DNA of 64,000 nt from Vampirovibrio sp. (lineage in GTDB: Bacteria > Cyanobacteriota > Vampirovibrionia > Vampirovibrionales > JAJTHC01), in the NCBI GenBank assembly GCA_024998755.1, contig JACEUU010000002.1, positions 76,783 to 140,782 on the forward strand. Direction: 5' to 3'. A model generated the notes under the pieces. The model was not told the DNA's origin. It searched no databases and saw nothing but the letters and a program-made list of their open reading frames with translations. Numbering within the stretch: the stretch's first letter is position 1; the number at the start of each line of letters is the position of its first letter. The translations under genes were made by a program, and so were the position numbers. Shown here piece by piece: positions 10,933-19,960 of this stretch.

Positions 10933-11646
10933 TTACCCTCGTTCTTGTAGCACCCCTTGAATAGCCAACACATCCTTGACGGTGGTAATGGCTTGCCCTT
11001 GTTGACGCAATTTTTCAACCAACGCAAACAAAATAGCGGCAGACATCCGCACATCTGCTTCAGCCCGGTGCGGATTGTTATTGTGGTAGCCGCATTGGGT
11101 GGCTACTACAATACCTTCATAGCTGGGTAAGCCGGGCATTACTTTTTGGGCTAACACCTTGGTGCAAAACGCTTTGCTGATATCAATGCGTTGTTCTAGC
11201 CCAACTAGCCCGCATTCTAGGCATTTTTCCCGTAAGAATTGAATATCAAATGAAACGTTATGCCCTACCAATAGCGGAGCAGGCCCCATAAAGCTGATTA
11301 AATCATTGAGCACCATCATCAGGGGCGGTGCGTTTTCGACCATTTCGTTGGAAATACCGGTTAGGCTTTCCACTTCATAAGGAATGGGTTCTTTGGGCTG
11401 CACGAGGGTTGAAAAAATATCGATGGCTTGACCGTTTACAAACTGGATGGCGGTTATTTCCGTAATGCTATTACGCTTGGCGTTAAGACCAGTTGTTTCT
11501 AAATCTATTACCGTGAATGTGGCGGTATCAAAGGCTTGTGCCATTAAGGTTTTTGAAGAAGGGGCAGCTTCAGATTCTTGGCTAAATAACGAGGAAAAAA
11601 GCGATGTTTGTAGGGTTTCAGATGCGTTAAGTAGGCTACTGTTCAT
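10933..11646 (-). CDS. DEDDh 3'-5' exonuclease (DnaQ/DNA polymerase III epsilon-like).
   Basis: Exo I motif VIDLETTGL, Exo II HNVSFDIQFL and Exo III HRAEADV. Confidence 0.65.
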   Translation of the reverse strand: MNSSLLNASETLQTSLFSSLFSQESEAAPSSKTLMAQAFDTATFTVIDLETTGLNAKRNSITEITAIQFVNGQAIDIFSTLVQPKEPIPYEVESLTGISNEMVENAPPLMMVLNDLISFMGPAPLLVGHNVSFDIQFLREKCLECGLVGLEQRIDISKAFCTKVLAQKVMPGLPSYEGIVVATQCGYHNNNPHRAEADVRMSAAILFALVEKLRQQGQAITTVKDVLAIQGVLQERG

Positions 11647-12431
11647 GAGGTGTTAATGCCTTTAATGGGGGGGGCTGTTATTTTACAGCGGGGAAGGATA
11701 TAAAAAAATAAAGGAGCAATCCGACTTGCCTGTGGAATAGTGTTTCCATTGGGCTTGGGGTGTTGCTCCTGTTTAGTTTCTAATGCAATGTTATCTCGTT
11801 TGTTTTCTTGTTTGTATTTTACAGTGTAAAAGCTTTTAGTCTATAAAACTAGGTAAGTTCACACGACCCTATTCAATTGTATCAATTAATGTTCTAGAAT
11901 AAGTGCCAGTATTCATAAAATACTCGGTTTTAACGCTACACAGTAGGCTTTTGTTTCAACTATTTCACATTCCTCCCTTCATCTGATGAACAACTAGCAG
12001 ATTAACATTGTAATCTGGCAACAGATTTTAAAGGTACTAACACACGAATAACAAAGGTCATAAAATTCCTAAAAATTAGTGTTCACTCAACACCAACAGC
12101 AGGAAGAATTACATCTTACCGAGACCATGCCCCCAATGCAAGTACGAGCTTTATTGTTCACACAAAAATTGTTCAATAATATGTGTATTATTTCGTTTCT
12201 TTGCTTGTAAAAAATTGGTATATAACGCTATTTTCACTTACTTTTAAAAAACAGGCAATTTCTTTGGGCAGATTGTTTTTATTAATACACAAGCTGGTTG
12301 CAACCAAGCAAACCCGCTTACCTCCCGCAAAAATAGCATTGTAACAATTTAGTCAACTGGTCTGTCTAAGCATTTAGACAAAAATGAAAAAACGAAAATC
12401 TTCGATTTGGTCGTCGAATTTTTTCACCATA

Positions 12432-12468
12432 CCGTCGAAGTTTGGTCGCTTCGACGGTTTTTTATTTT
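12432..12468 (+). terminator. Hairpin plus T-tract (ccgtcgaag-tttggtcg-cttcgacgg-tttttt), part of direct-repeat module B.
   Basis: Perfect 9-bp stem followed by a T-run. A near-identical copy lies at 14942-14978. Confidence 0.45.
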
Positions 12469-12554
12469 GAGATGGTTGGGTTTAATTCTCGGTACATTTA
12501 ACGTATACTAATAATTGCCGTATTTACTCTCTGTTGTTAGAAAAGATAATCCTT

Positions 12555-13775
12555 ATGACCACTTCTACCTTGCTTAAACCTAACACCGCTTATACCTTAA
12601 GCCAATTAGCTACCCTCATGCCAGATGCTACCGTTCGAGGCAATGCCTCGTTACAGGTTACGTCATTGGTGCACCCTCGGTTTGCTAAAACGCCGACTGA
12701 AATGATTTACATCGCCACAGAATCTGCCTTTGCTGCCTTGGAAAAAGGCGTGGCTAAAGTGGGCTTGCTTGAAGAAAGCTTACCCATTCCTGAAGCCTTG
12801 TTGCAGAATAACCAGTTGGGATTTTTGGTTGTAAAACGGGGCAAAGTAGGGCTGGCTCATGCCTTAAAAATATTTGAAAAACCGGCATTTATTACTTCAG
12901 GCATTCACCCAACGGCTCAAGTAGATGAGTCTGCAACAGTCGGTGAAAACGTTACCATCGGGGCTTTTTGCGTGGTGGGTGAAAATGCGGTTATTGGGGC
13001 GGGTAGCATTTTACATCCTCATGTGTTGGTGGGGGCTAAGGTTACCATGGGCGAAAATTGCTTGCTTCATAAGGGCGTTTTTATTGGTGATTGCTCCCAG
13101 CTGGGTAACAGGGTCATCATCCAACCCAACGCCGTTATTGGGGCAGATGGCTTTAGTTATGTAACCCCTGAGGTTGCCAAACATGAAAAATCGACCGATG
13201 AAGCTAAAACCGTTAGCGAAGTAACGGATTTGATTCGGATTAATTCCGTAGGTTGGGTCGTGCTGGAAGATGATGTCGAAGTGGGGGCTTGCACCACCAT
13301 TGACCGTGGCACCTTGGCGGAAACCCGTGTTAAAAAAGGCACTAAAATTGATAACTTGGTGATGATTGGTCATAACAATACGATTGGTAAACATTGTTTA
13401 ATTGTGTCCCAAGTGGGTTTGGCGGGTAGCTGCCATATTGGCGATGGCGTTGTTATAGCAGGGCAAGCAGGCTTGGCAGACCATTTAACTATTGGCGATA
13501 ACGCCATTATTATGGCACGCTCTGCGGTAATGAGGGATGTTGAACCTAGCCAAGTGGTGGTGGGTATGCCTGCTATGCCGACTCGTCAGTATATGGAACA
13601 AATTTTGTATATGGGTAAATTGAAAGAAATGGCGAAAGCCTTTAAATCCCTTCAAAAGGAAATGCTAGCCATGAAGGAAAAGGCCAGCCAGTTTGAAGCC
13701 TTTTTTGCCTCTGTTGCTTCGACAGATGGGGCTGACGCTGATGCAGATGACGCTGCACTGAAAAAGGGTGTTTAA
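12555..13775 (+). CDS. lpxD: UDP-3-O-acylglucosamine N-acyltransferase with an unusual ~60-aa acidic/helical C-terminal extension.
   Basis: Left-handed beta-helix hexapeptide repeats and an LpxD-like N-terminal domain. An alternative TTG start is at 12534. Confidence 0.75.
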   Translation: MTTSTLLKPNTAYTLSQLATLMPDATVRGNASLQVTSLVHPRFAKTPTEMIYIATESAFAALEKGVAKVGLLEESLPIPEALLQNNQLGFLVVKRGKVGLAHALKIFEKPAFITSGIHPTAQVDESATVGENVTIGAFCVVGENAVIGAGSILHPHVLVGAKVTMGENCLLHKGVFIGDCSQLGNRVIIQPNAVIGADGFSYVTPEVAKHEKSTDEAKTVSEVTDLIRINSVGWVVLEDDVEVGACTTIDRGTLAETRVKKGTKIDNLVMIGHNNTIGKHCLIVSQVGLAGSCHIGDGVVIAGQAGLADHLTIGDNAIIMARSAVMRDVEPSQVVVGMPAMPTRQYMEQILYMGKLKEMAKAFKSLQKEMLAMKEKASQFEAFFASVASTDGADADADDAALKKGV

Positions 13776-14630
13776 ATGTCTCTGTCATCGGTTATTACTC
13801 TTTCGGGGGTTGGCTTAATTTCTGGTAAACCGGTTAGTGTTCGATTAGAACAAGGTTTGCAGGGGCAGGGTGTTCGGTTTGTGTTTGCTTCAACTGGGGC
13901 TATTTTGCCTGCTTCTGCTGATTTTATTGTGGATACTCAACGGGGCGTAACCCTCATGCACCCTGAAACCAAGCAATTGCTGTCTATTGTGGAACATTTT
14001 TTGGCTGCCGTTTCCTTCAGTGGTTTTCACGATGTTACCGCTACCATTGAAGGCGATGCCCCAGAATTGCCGTTGTTAGATGGGTCTGCGTTGCCTTGGT
14101 ATCAAGCGATTGTTTCCCAGTGGGGCAAGCCGGAACCGTCAGTTAATAAGCCACTGTATACGCTGAATAAGCCAGTTTTTATGCAGCGTTCTACCCTTAA
14201 AACGGCGATGTATGCGTTGCCATCGGATAAATTTTCTCTGACTTATACGTTGGATTATGCTCATGCGGGCTTTCAACGGGATTGGGCAACTTGGCAGGGC
14301 AGGGCGGATAGGGTGGTTTCTGTAGACCAATTGCTTTCGGCTCAAACGTTTGGGTTGGTGGCGGAATTGCCGGTTTTACAGGCGAAGGGGTTGGCTTTGG
14401 GTGTAACGTTGGAAAATACGTTGGGGTTATGTGAAGATGGGTTTGGCTATACTCGGGCGTTGAAGTTTCCGAAAGAACCATTTTTTCATAAGATGTTGGA
14501 TTTAGTGGGCGATTTTCATCTTTGTGGCTTGCCGGTGGAATGCCTTCAAATGGCGATAGTGGCGGTGAATGCGGGGCATACTAGCCATGTGGCGTTTGCC
14601 AAACAGTTGAAACAGCAGTTAGAACAATAA
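13776..14630 (+). CDS. lpxC: UDP-3-O-acyl-N-acetylglucosamine deacetylase.
   Basis: Matches E. coli LpxC motifs (TVEHxLAA, LLDGSA, HKMLDxVGD, HxSH). Its start is translationally coupled to the lpxD stop (TAAATG). Confidence 0.8.
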   Translation: MSLSSVITLSGVGLISGKPVSVRLEQGLQGQGVRFVFASTGAILPASADFIVDTQRGVTLMHPETKQLLSIVEHFLAAVSFSGFHDVTATIEGDAPELPLLDGSALPWYQAIVSQWGKPEPSVNKPLYTLNKPVFMQRSTLKTAMYALPSDKFSLTYTLDYAHAGFQRDWATWQGRADRVVSVDQLLSAQTFGLVAELPVLQAKGLALGVTLENTLGLCEDGFGYTRALKFPKEPFFHKMLDLVGDFHLCGLPVECLQMAIVAVNAGHTSHVAFAKQLKQQLEQ

Positions 14631-14941
14631 AACTTATCTAAAAATATAAAAACAAGCAATTTATTGGTATAGATTGTTTTTATTACTATGTGAGCGATAC
14701 ACACGCCGCCCACAAAAACCGCTTCCTTGCTACACAGTCTGTTTTGGGTTTACCCACCAGCCGTGGTTATCTGGTTTTTGATGAACTACTGGTCGGCACT
14801 TTTGAAGAAGCGTTTACTGGAAGACGAACGCTTTTTCATTCCTTTCTATTTCGCTACACGCCCCTGCCATTTGTTAAATTTACCTGAAAAAAGAGAGAGA
14901 GAAAAAAAGTGCCAATTTGGTCTTTGGTCTTTTTTTCCATA

Positions 14942-14978
14942 CCGTCGAAGTTGGTCGCTTCGGCGGTTTTATTTTTTG
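14942..14978 (+). terminator. Hairpin plus T-tract (repeat module B'), downstream of lpxC and abutting the purQ 3' end.
   Basis: ccgtcgaagttggtcgcttcggcggttttatttttt. Confidence 0.45.
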
Positions 14979-14982
14979 AATA

Positions 14983-15732
14983 TTATACAGCGACGGCTTG
15001 TTTTTTCGCCAAACACGCTTGGGCTAACGATTCAAACACCAATCGTCCCAGCCCTGTGCGTTGAACCGTCTCGTCTGCCCACCAGTTGCGTTCAGGGTGT
15101 GGCATTAAGCCTAGAACATTGCCGGCTTCATTACAAATACCCGCAATCCCATTAGCAGACCCATTAACTGTAGCCCCCGCCTCATACCGAAAAACCACTT
15201 GTCCGTTGCCTTCTAGTTGAGCTAGGGTTTCTTCATCGGCGGTGTAGCAGCCTTCCCCGTGTGCAATGGGGAAATCCACCAGTTGATTTTTTTGATACGC
15301 ACTGGTAAAGGGGGCTTTCACCTGCTCCACCCGAAGTTGCGTGTGTTGTTCACACAAAAATTGCTGATGATGATTTGCCACCAACGCACCGGGTAACAGA
15401 CCGCTTTCGGTTAAAACTTGAAACCCATTGCAAATGCCTAATACGGGAAAACCATTGTTGGCAAAGGCTTTAATTCTTCCCATCAGTGGCGAACGGTTTG
15501 CCATAGCACCGCACCGCAAATAATCGCCATAGCTAAACCCACCGGGAATAATTACGGCATCCACCAAGGTTTCTAACGGTTGCGGATTTTCCTCATCTTG
15601 CCAAAGAAAAACGGTAGTGGCGTTCATTACATTACGCACGGCTTCTGCACAATCTTCATCGCAATTGCTTCCTAAAAACCGAGCAATCCCGATGGTTAAA
15701 GCCTGTTTGTTGATAGTCATCATCATCATCAT
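14983..15732 (-). CDS. purQ: Phosphoribosylformylglycinamidine synthase subunit PurQ (glutaminase).
   Basis: GGFSYGDYLRCGAMA...ICNGFQ..HGEG class-I glutamine amidotransferase motifs. It starts with five consecutive ATG codons. Confidence 0.8.
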   Translation of the reverse strand: MMMMMTINKQALTIGIARFLGSNCDEDCAEAVRNVMNATTVFLWQDEENPQPLETLVDAVIIPGGFSYGDYLRCGAMANRSPLMGRIKAFANNGFPVLGICNGFQVLTESGLLPGALVANHHQQFLCEQHTQLRVEQVKAPFTSAYQKNQLVDFPIAHGEGCYTADEETLAQLEGNGQVVFRYEAGATVNGSANGIAGICNEAGNVLGLMPHPERNWWADETVQRTGLGRLVFESLAQACLAKKQAVAV

Positions 15733-15750
15733 TTTGGGTCGATTCCTATT

Positions 15751-16800
15751 CTAAGCTTGAAGCGATTCGAGTGATTCAAGGCAATAGGTTTCAATCACCA
15801 AGTTGGCTAGTAAACTATCACACATTTGTAGGCAATAGGCTTGGGCTTGCACTCGGTTGGTGGCTTGTAGCTGAATTTCAAAGCGTTTGCCTGCTTTTAC
15901 TCGTTGTACGGTGGGAAAACCGTGGGTTTGCAATGCTTCCGTAATGGCTCGGCTTTCAGGATGCAACACGTTTGGTTTGTATTGCACTTGCACGGTAGCA
16001 AAATACGTTACCAATGGCGATTCTACCGTTGCTTCTTGCGTTTTCAAATTAATAGGGCTAGCGGAAAGCACTTGGGTTAAGCGGTTTTCCACCGTGCTGT
16101 AGGCGGTGTTAATATCCCCTAAATCTAACCGAAAAACGTCTTTATCTAGCACTTGCCCTGTGGTAGCATCTCTTAAGCGGAAGTTGTCAGGGCTCATTTC
16201 ATCAGCTATTTTTAACTGACCGTTGGCGTTTAACCCCATTTCCAACTTGTAGTCTGCACAATCAATGTTGCAGGCGGAAAATAAGGCTAAAAACGAATCA
16301 TTCACGGCTAGGGCGATATGCTTAATTTGGTCGATGGTTACCCCTGTTGGCAACAAGCCGAGTGTGTTGATGGCGTCGTCTGGCAAGGCGGGGTCGTTTA
16401 ATTCGTCGCTTTTGTAGAAGAATTCGACGATGGGTTGTTTTAGTTTTTCACCTTCTTTAAACAGAGGGATTCTTTTGGGCAGGCTACCGAGGGCGATGTT
16501 GCGTACCACAATTTCGATGGGCAACATGGCGAGTGCTTCGTATACTAGCTGGTTGGGTTCAGCCCCTTTGCCAATGTAGCAGGTGGCTAGCCCTTGGGCT
16601 TCTAGGTAGGTGAAGAGTTGGGCGGTAATGTTGGCGTTCAATGCCCCTTTGCCAGCAATTTCTTCGCTTTTTTGGGCGTTGAAGGCGGTGGCTCTGTTTT
16701 TGAAGGTGGCTAATAGCTGGTTGGCTTGCCCTGCTATGGGCGATAAAATTTTGGTTTTGCCTTCACGGCTGGGGGCGGTTGTTATTGTGGCGGTGGTCAT
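15751..16800 (-). CDS. purC-purS: Fused SAICAR synthetase (PurC) and FGAM synthase PurS subunit.
   Basis: N-terminal ~250 aa align to PurC (EGKTK, MLPIEIVVRNIALGSLPKR, DYKLEMGL, SPDNFRLRD). The C-terminal ~85 aa align to PurS (VTYFATVQVQYKPNVLHPES...CDSLLANLVIETY). There is no stop between the two parts, and purQ follows directly. Confidence 0.7.
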   Translation of the reverse strand: MTTATITTAPSREGKTKILSPIAGQANQLLATFKNRATAFNAQKSEEIAGKGALNANITAQLFTYLEAQGLATCYIGKGAEPNQLVYEALAMLPIEIVVRNIALGSLPKRIPLFKEGEKLKQPIVEFFYKSDELNDPALPDDAINTLGLLPTGVTIDQIKHIALAVNDSFLALFSACNIDCADYKLEMGLNANGQLKIADEMSPDNFRLRDATTGQVLDKDVFRLDLGDINTAYSTVENRLTQVLSASPINLKTQEATVESPLVTYFATVQVQYKPNVLHPESRAITEALQTHGFPTVQRVKAGKRFEIQLQATNRVQAQAYCLQMCDSLLANLVIETYCLESLESLQA

Positions 16801-16899
16801 TGTGTGGGGTCTTTCTGTGGCGTGGCGGTTGGTTTTATCCATTGAATGCCGTTATTATACCGCTAATGTATTTTGGTTTCAATCGATGGGTTTTGGGCG

Positions 16900-17217
16900 T
16901 TGCGGTTTTCAACCGCCGTTGCCCCCTGCTTCGCACTCAACCCCGCCTTTCCCTCACCCTAGCCCTCTCCCAGAGGGAGAGGGGACGGTAAACCTAGGTA
17001 AACGGCGGGTTTTCGCCCTATGGGTGGGGCAACTAACGCTTTATTGCCCCCTCTCCCGCTGGGAGAGGGCTGGGGTGAGGGTTTTTAGAAACGGGAGGGT
17101 TTGAAACCCTTCCCTACACAATAGCCTAAATCTCGTCATGTTGAGCGTAGTCGAAACATCCCCCCAGACGCTAAGGAGATTCCTCGGCTACGCTCGGAAT
17201 GACAAAACACGCTATTT
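16900..17217. repeat. Cluster of family-2 GC-rich palindromic repeats, including the gtcatgttgagcg...gaatgacaaaacacgctattt module.
   Basis: ccctctccc-aga-gggagaggg and ccctctcccgctgggagagggctggggtgagggttttt match 2437-2478. The terminal module matches 28697-28773 and 54476-54567. Confidence 0.5.
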
Positions 17218-17314
17218 CTACTTGAATCCGCCTATAAAAATACCGATTAATCGGTTGTTATCTTTGTAATCCTAGTTAAAAGTTCTTGTAATTCTGCTTG
17301 ACGGTTCGACATTA

Positions 17315-18476
17315 TGAAGTTACGGAAAAAGGGCAAGGTAAAATAGAAGGGACATTATTCCACCTCTCATAGGATACCCCACCCCCATGACTACCTTTGC
17401 CGACATCCAAATTCAACAAGCCACCCCCACTCACAAATTCCTAGAGGAAATGAACCAAACCCTACCATGGCAACTATTTGAAACCATCCTCAAAACACAC
17501 ATCCACCACAAACCCAACGGCAGACCACCCTACAAACGCCTACTACTGCTCAAAATGAACCTCCTCAAAATATGGTTCAATCTCTCCTATGAACAAACCG
17601 AATTTCAATGCCACGACAGACTCTCCTTCCGAAAGTTTCTCGGCTTCTCCTTAGAATCCCCCATCCCTGAAGCCACGACACTCGAAAACTTCCAACACGA
17701 ACTGCAAAACACCCCAGCCCAAGAAGCCCTTTTCTTAGCCTTAGACACCTTCTTCCAAGAGAACAACCTCATTCTTAAAGAAGGCAACTTGGTAGATGCC
17801 ACCTTTATTAAAGCCAATAGCAAACAGAGAAAAAAGCCTGAAGACCAGAGCGACCCTGATGCCACTTATGGCTACAAAGGCTTTGGTTACAGTGCCACGG
17901 TTAATGTGGATGCTAAAAGCAAGTTGATTCGCAAGGTGGTTGTTACTGGTGCCAATGTGCATGACAGTCAGAGTTTACTGCCTGTACTGGTGGGCGATGA
18001 GCAGACTGTTGGTGCGGATAGTGGGTATGTGGGTAAGGAGAAGGATTTGAAGGCGTTGGGGATACAGCCGAGGATTATTAAGCGTCGTGTTCGGGGTAAG
18101 CAGCATGAACCAACGCCTGAGTTGACGGCTTCGCAGAAGCGGTTTAATGGGTTGGTTTCTAAGGTTCGGGCAAGAGTGGAGCATGTGTTTGCGGGTTGGA
18201 AGACGGTGTTTAAGAAGGTTCGTGTGTCTTGTCGTGGGTTAGTGCGTGTTTCTGCGGAGATTTTGGGCTTGGCATTTGGGTATAATTGTCGTCGGTATGG
18301 TTTTTTGGTGAGGAGGGGGGTAGGTTTTAGTGGATTCTTGTATGGTTTTTAGGTAATTATGATCCGAAAAGAGTGGAAACAAGGGGTATTGTTCTGTTTT
18401 TTGAGCATTTTTGGTTGAATTTTATTAAAAAACACTCACTACTCCCACCTGCACACCCTTATTCCGTAACTTCATT
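17315..18476 (+). mobile_element. IS5-family insertion sequence, copy 1 (~1.16 kb) with TIR tgaagttacgg...ccgtaacttca.
   Basis: The whole transposase is duplicated at 19961-21122 (inverted) and again at 63446 onward. The flanks tta|IS|tta suggest a 3-bp target-site duplication. Confidence 0.8.
17387..18352 (+). CDS. IS5-family DDE transposase (321 aa).
   Basis: DDE_Tnp_1-like organisation. Identical protein copies are at 20085-21050 (-) and 63518 onward (+). Confidence 0.8.
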   Translation: MTTFADIQIQQATPTHKFLEEMNQTLPWQLFETILKTHIHHKPNGRPPYKRLLLLKMNLLKIWFNLSYEQTEFQCHDRLSFRKFLGFSLESPIPEATTLENFQHELQNTPAQEALFLALDTFFQENNLILKEGNLVDATFIKANSKQRKKPEDQSDPDATYGYKGFGYSATVNVDAKSKLIRKVVVTGANVHDSQSLLPVLVGDEQTVGADSGYVGKEKDLKALGIQPRIIKRRVRGKQHEPTPELTASQKRFNGLVSKVRARVEHVFAGWKTVFKKVRVSCRGLVRVSAEILGLAFGYNCRRYGFLVRRGVGFSGFLYGF

Positions 18477-18499
18477 AATAAAAAGGGCAAGGTTTTTCA

Positions 18500-19270
18500 A
18501 TGGAAAAATATCCAGTAAAAGGCGAAGTGGATAGAATTAGTTTTTTAGATCAATTAACCACTGAAGAACTCAGTCTATTTCATCAAAATGGCACCCTGTT
18601 AACCATGAAAAAAAACGAACCGCTTGATTTGGATGACCCCAGCCACAAAAACAGTGCTTTTTTAGTAACTGAAGGCTTTGTTAAATTAACCACACTAAAC
18701 CTTGAAGGTAAAAAATTTTCGCTCAGCTTATTGCAAACAGGAGATTTGTCTGATTGGTTCTACAACCAAACTGGTGAAGAAAAGCCCTTCTTACAAACTG
18801 GGCATTGTAAGTTTTTAGAATCTATTACTGGCGTTTCGCAAGTCTTACGAATGAATGAAACGGTCTTTCAAGACCTGTTAGATAAAAAGCCCTCCCTCTA
18901 TGTAACCTTATGACGCGTAATGCAATGTAGAGTTTACACCGTGCAACGCCAATTAAGCGATGTTGTTTTTAAAGATGTACACGCCAGAATAGCCCAAACC
19001 TTGTTAGATATGGTGTTCCATTATGCGGAACTTTGCCCTTATGCCTTTGGCGTTGTAAGAGATGTTTGCCTAACCCACCAAGAAATTTCTGAATTGATTG
19101 GGGCTTCAAGACCTGTAACCTCATTAGCGTTGAACGATTTTAGTAGGGCTGATTTAGTTCATAAACACGACCGTTTTTTATGTCTGCAAAATATACCTGG
19201 TTTAGAAATAGTTGCTCAAGAAGGGTATCAAGCCCTTAAAAAAATAAGTAGTGCCTTGGTTGTTAGCTAG
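18500..19270 (+). pseudogene. Crp/Fnr-family transcriptional regulator interrupted by an in-frame TGA at 18914-18916 (cNMP-binding half 18500-18913, HTH half 18920-19270).
   Basis: The two ORFs are in the same frame, 6 nt apart. The first has the beta-roll cNMP-binding fold; the second has the Crp-type HTH (HQEISELIGASRPVTS). TGA is a genuine stop elsewhere in this window (48863-48865). Confidence 0.6.
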
Positions 19271-19388
19271 CTAACAGATATGTGTGAAACAATCTGTTAC
19301 GATAAGTTTAACGAGTTCGGAAAAAAGTATTTTTTCAGTTCGTTTGTTTGTTATCCCTCTTAGTTTCTACTTTTGGAGTATTGAATTC

Positions 19389-19508
19389 ATGAATCTTTCT
19401 ATCGCTAAATTGGCATTAGTTGCCGCTGTTATGTTACAAGGTGCAAGTTTCGCTAACCCTGCTAACACAGATATGTTCCAAATGACCGAAGCCACCAATA
19501 TGTCTTAA
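19389..19508 (+). CDS. Small secreted peptide: a Sec signal peptide plus 18 aa. It continues in frame past a TAA stop into a Cys/Lys-rich segment ending at 19631.
   Basis: GGAG lies 11 nt upstream of the ATG. MNLSIAKLALVAAVMLQGASFA is a classic signal peptide. The in-frame continuation is SNTLIANKKCGSGSCGGKETTKKCAAKKCAAKKCGASEKK*, followed by a terminator hairpin. Confidence 0.45.
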   Translation: MNLSIAKLALVAAVMLQGASFANPANTDMFQMTEATNMS

Positions 19509-19649
19509 TCAAACACACTCATTGCTAACAAAAAATGTGGTTCTGGCTCTTGTGGTGGTAAAGAAACAACCAAGAAATGTGCGGCTAAAAAGTGTGCAGC
19601 TAAAAAATGTGGTGCTTCTGAAAAGAAATAATCGAACCCCTTTCGTTAC

Positions 19650-19690
19650 AGGCGGCTCTGCAAAAGAGCCGTCTGTTTTAAAGATTATTG
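19650..19690 (+). terminator. Rho-independent terminator candidate after the Cys-rich frame.
   Basis: aggcggctct-gcaaa-agagccgtct hairpin followed by gtttta. Confidence 0.45.
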
Positions 19691-19699
19691 CTTCGGACT

Positions 19700-19925
19700 A
19701 TGATGGATGCGTTAGGGGGACTGGCGTCAGCCCCCCCTAACAACCCCCCACCGCTTAAGGGGAAAGGTGGCATTAGCATGCGTCCTCCCCCCTTAAGAAT
19801 CCCCCCTCCCTACCGCTAAGGGCTGACTTGTTTACACGCACGTTGAAAACAGGCTTGACCGGAAGCTAGAAGCTCCCTAATTGGTCTGCTTCACTACGTT
19901 CGCACCAGCCTATTTCCAACTGGGT
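19700..19925. repeat. Family-4 composite repeat; inverted copy of 4495-4690.
   Basis: See the 4495-4690 entry. It is rich in G6-7 and C6-7 tracts. Confidence 0.45.
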
Positions 19926-19960
19926 ATGATTTAAAACTAAAAATCATAAGAAACAGTTCA

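Noticed and set aside
16610-17104. 164-aa and 70-aa plus-strand ORFs overlapping the purC-purS start and the GC-rich repeat cluster
   Set aside because: They lie antisense to a well-supported gene and inside palindromic repeats. The composition is repeat-driven, with no motifs.
17605-18184. Antisense ORFs (86, 73 and 69 aa) inside the transposase genes, repeated in all IS copies
   Set aside because: They are nested on the opposite strand of a conserved DDE transposase and repeat only because the IS is repeated.
18914-18916. TGA in the Crp-like gene as a sense (Trp or Sec) codon
   Set aside because: TGA terminates the cysteine desulfurase gene (48863-48865) with a coupled downstream start. 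No SECIS-like hairpin was noted, so a nonsense mutation is the simpler reading.
19522-19740. 72-aa plus-strand ORF MLTKNVVLALVVV...
   Set aside because: It is a +1 frame read across the Cys/Lys-rich frame and the family-4 repeat. It has no SD and a poly-K/V composition from AAA/GTG repeats.
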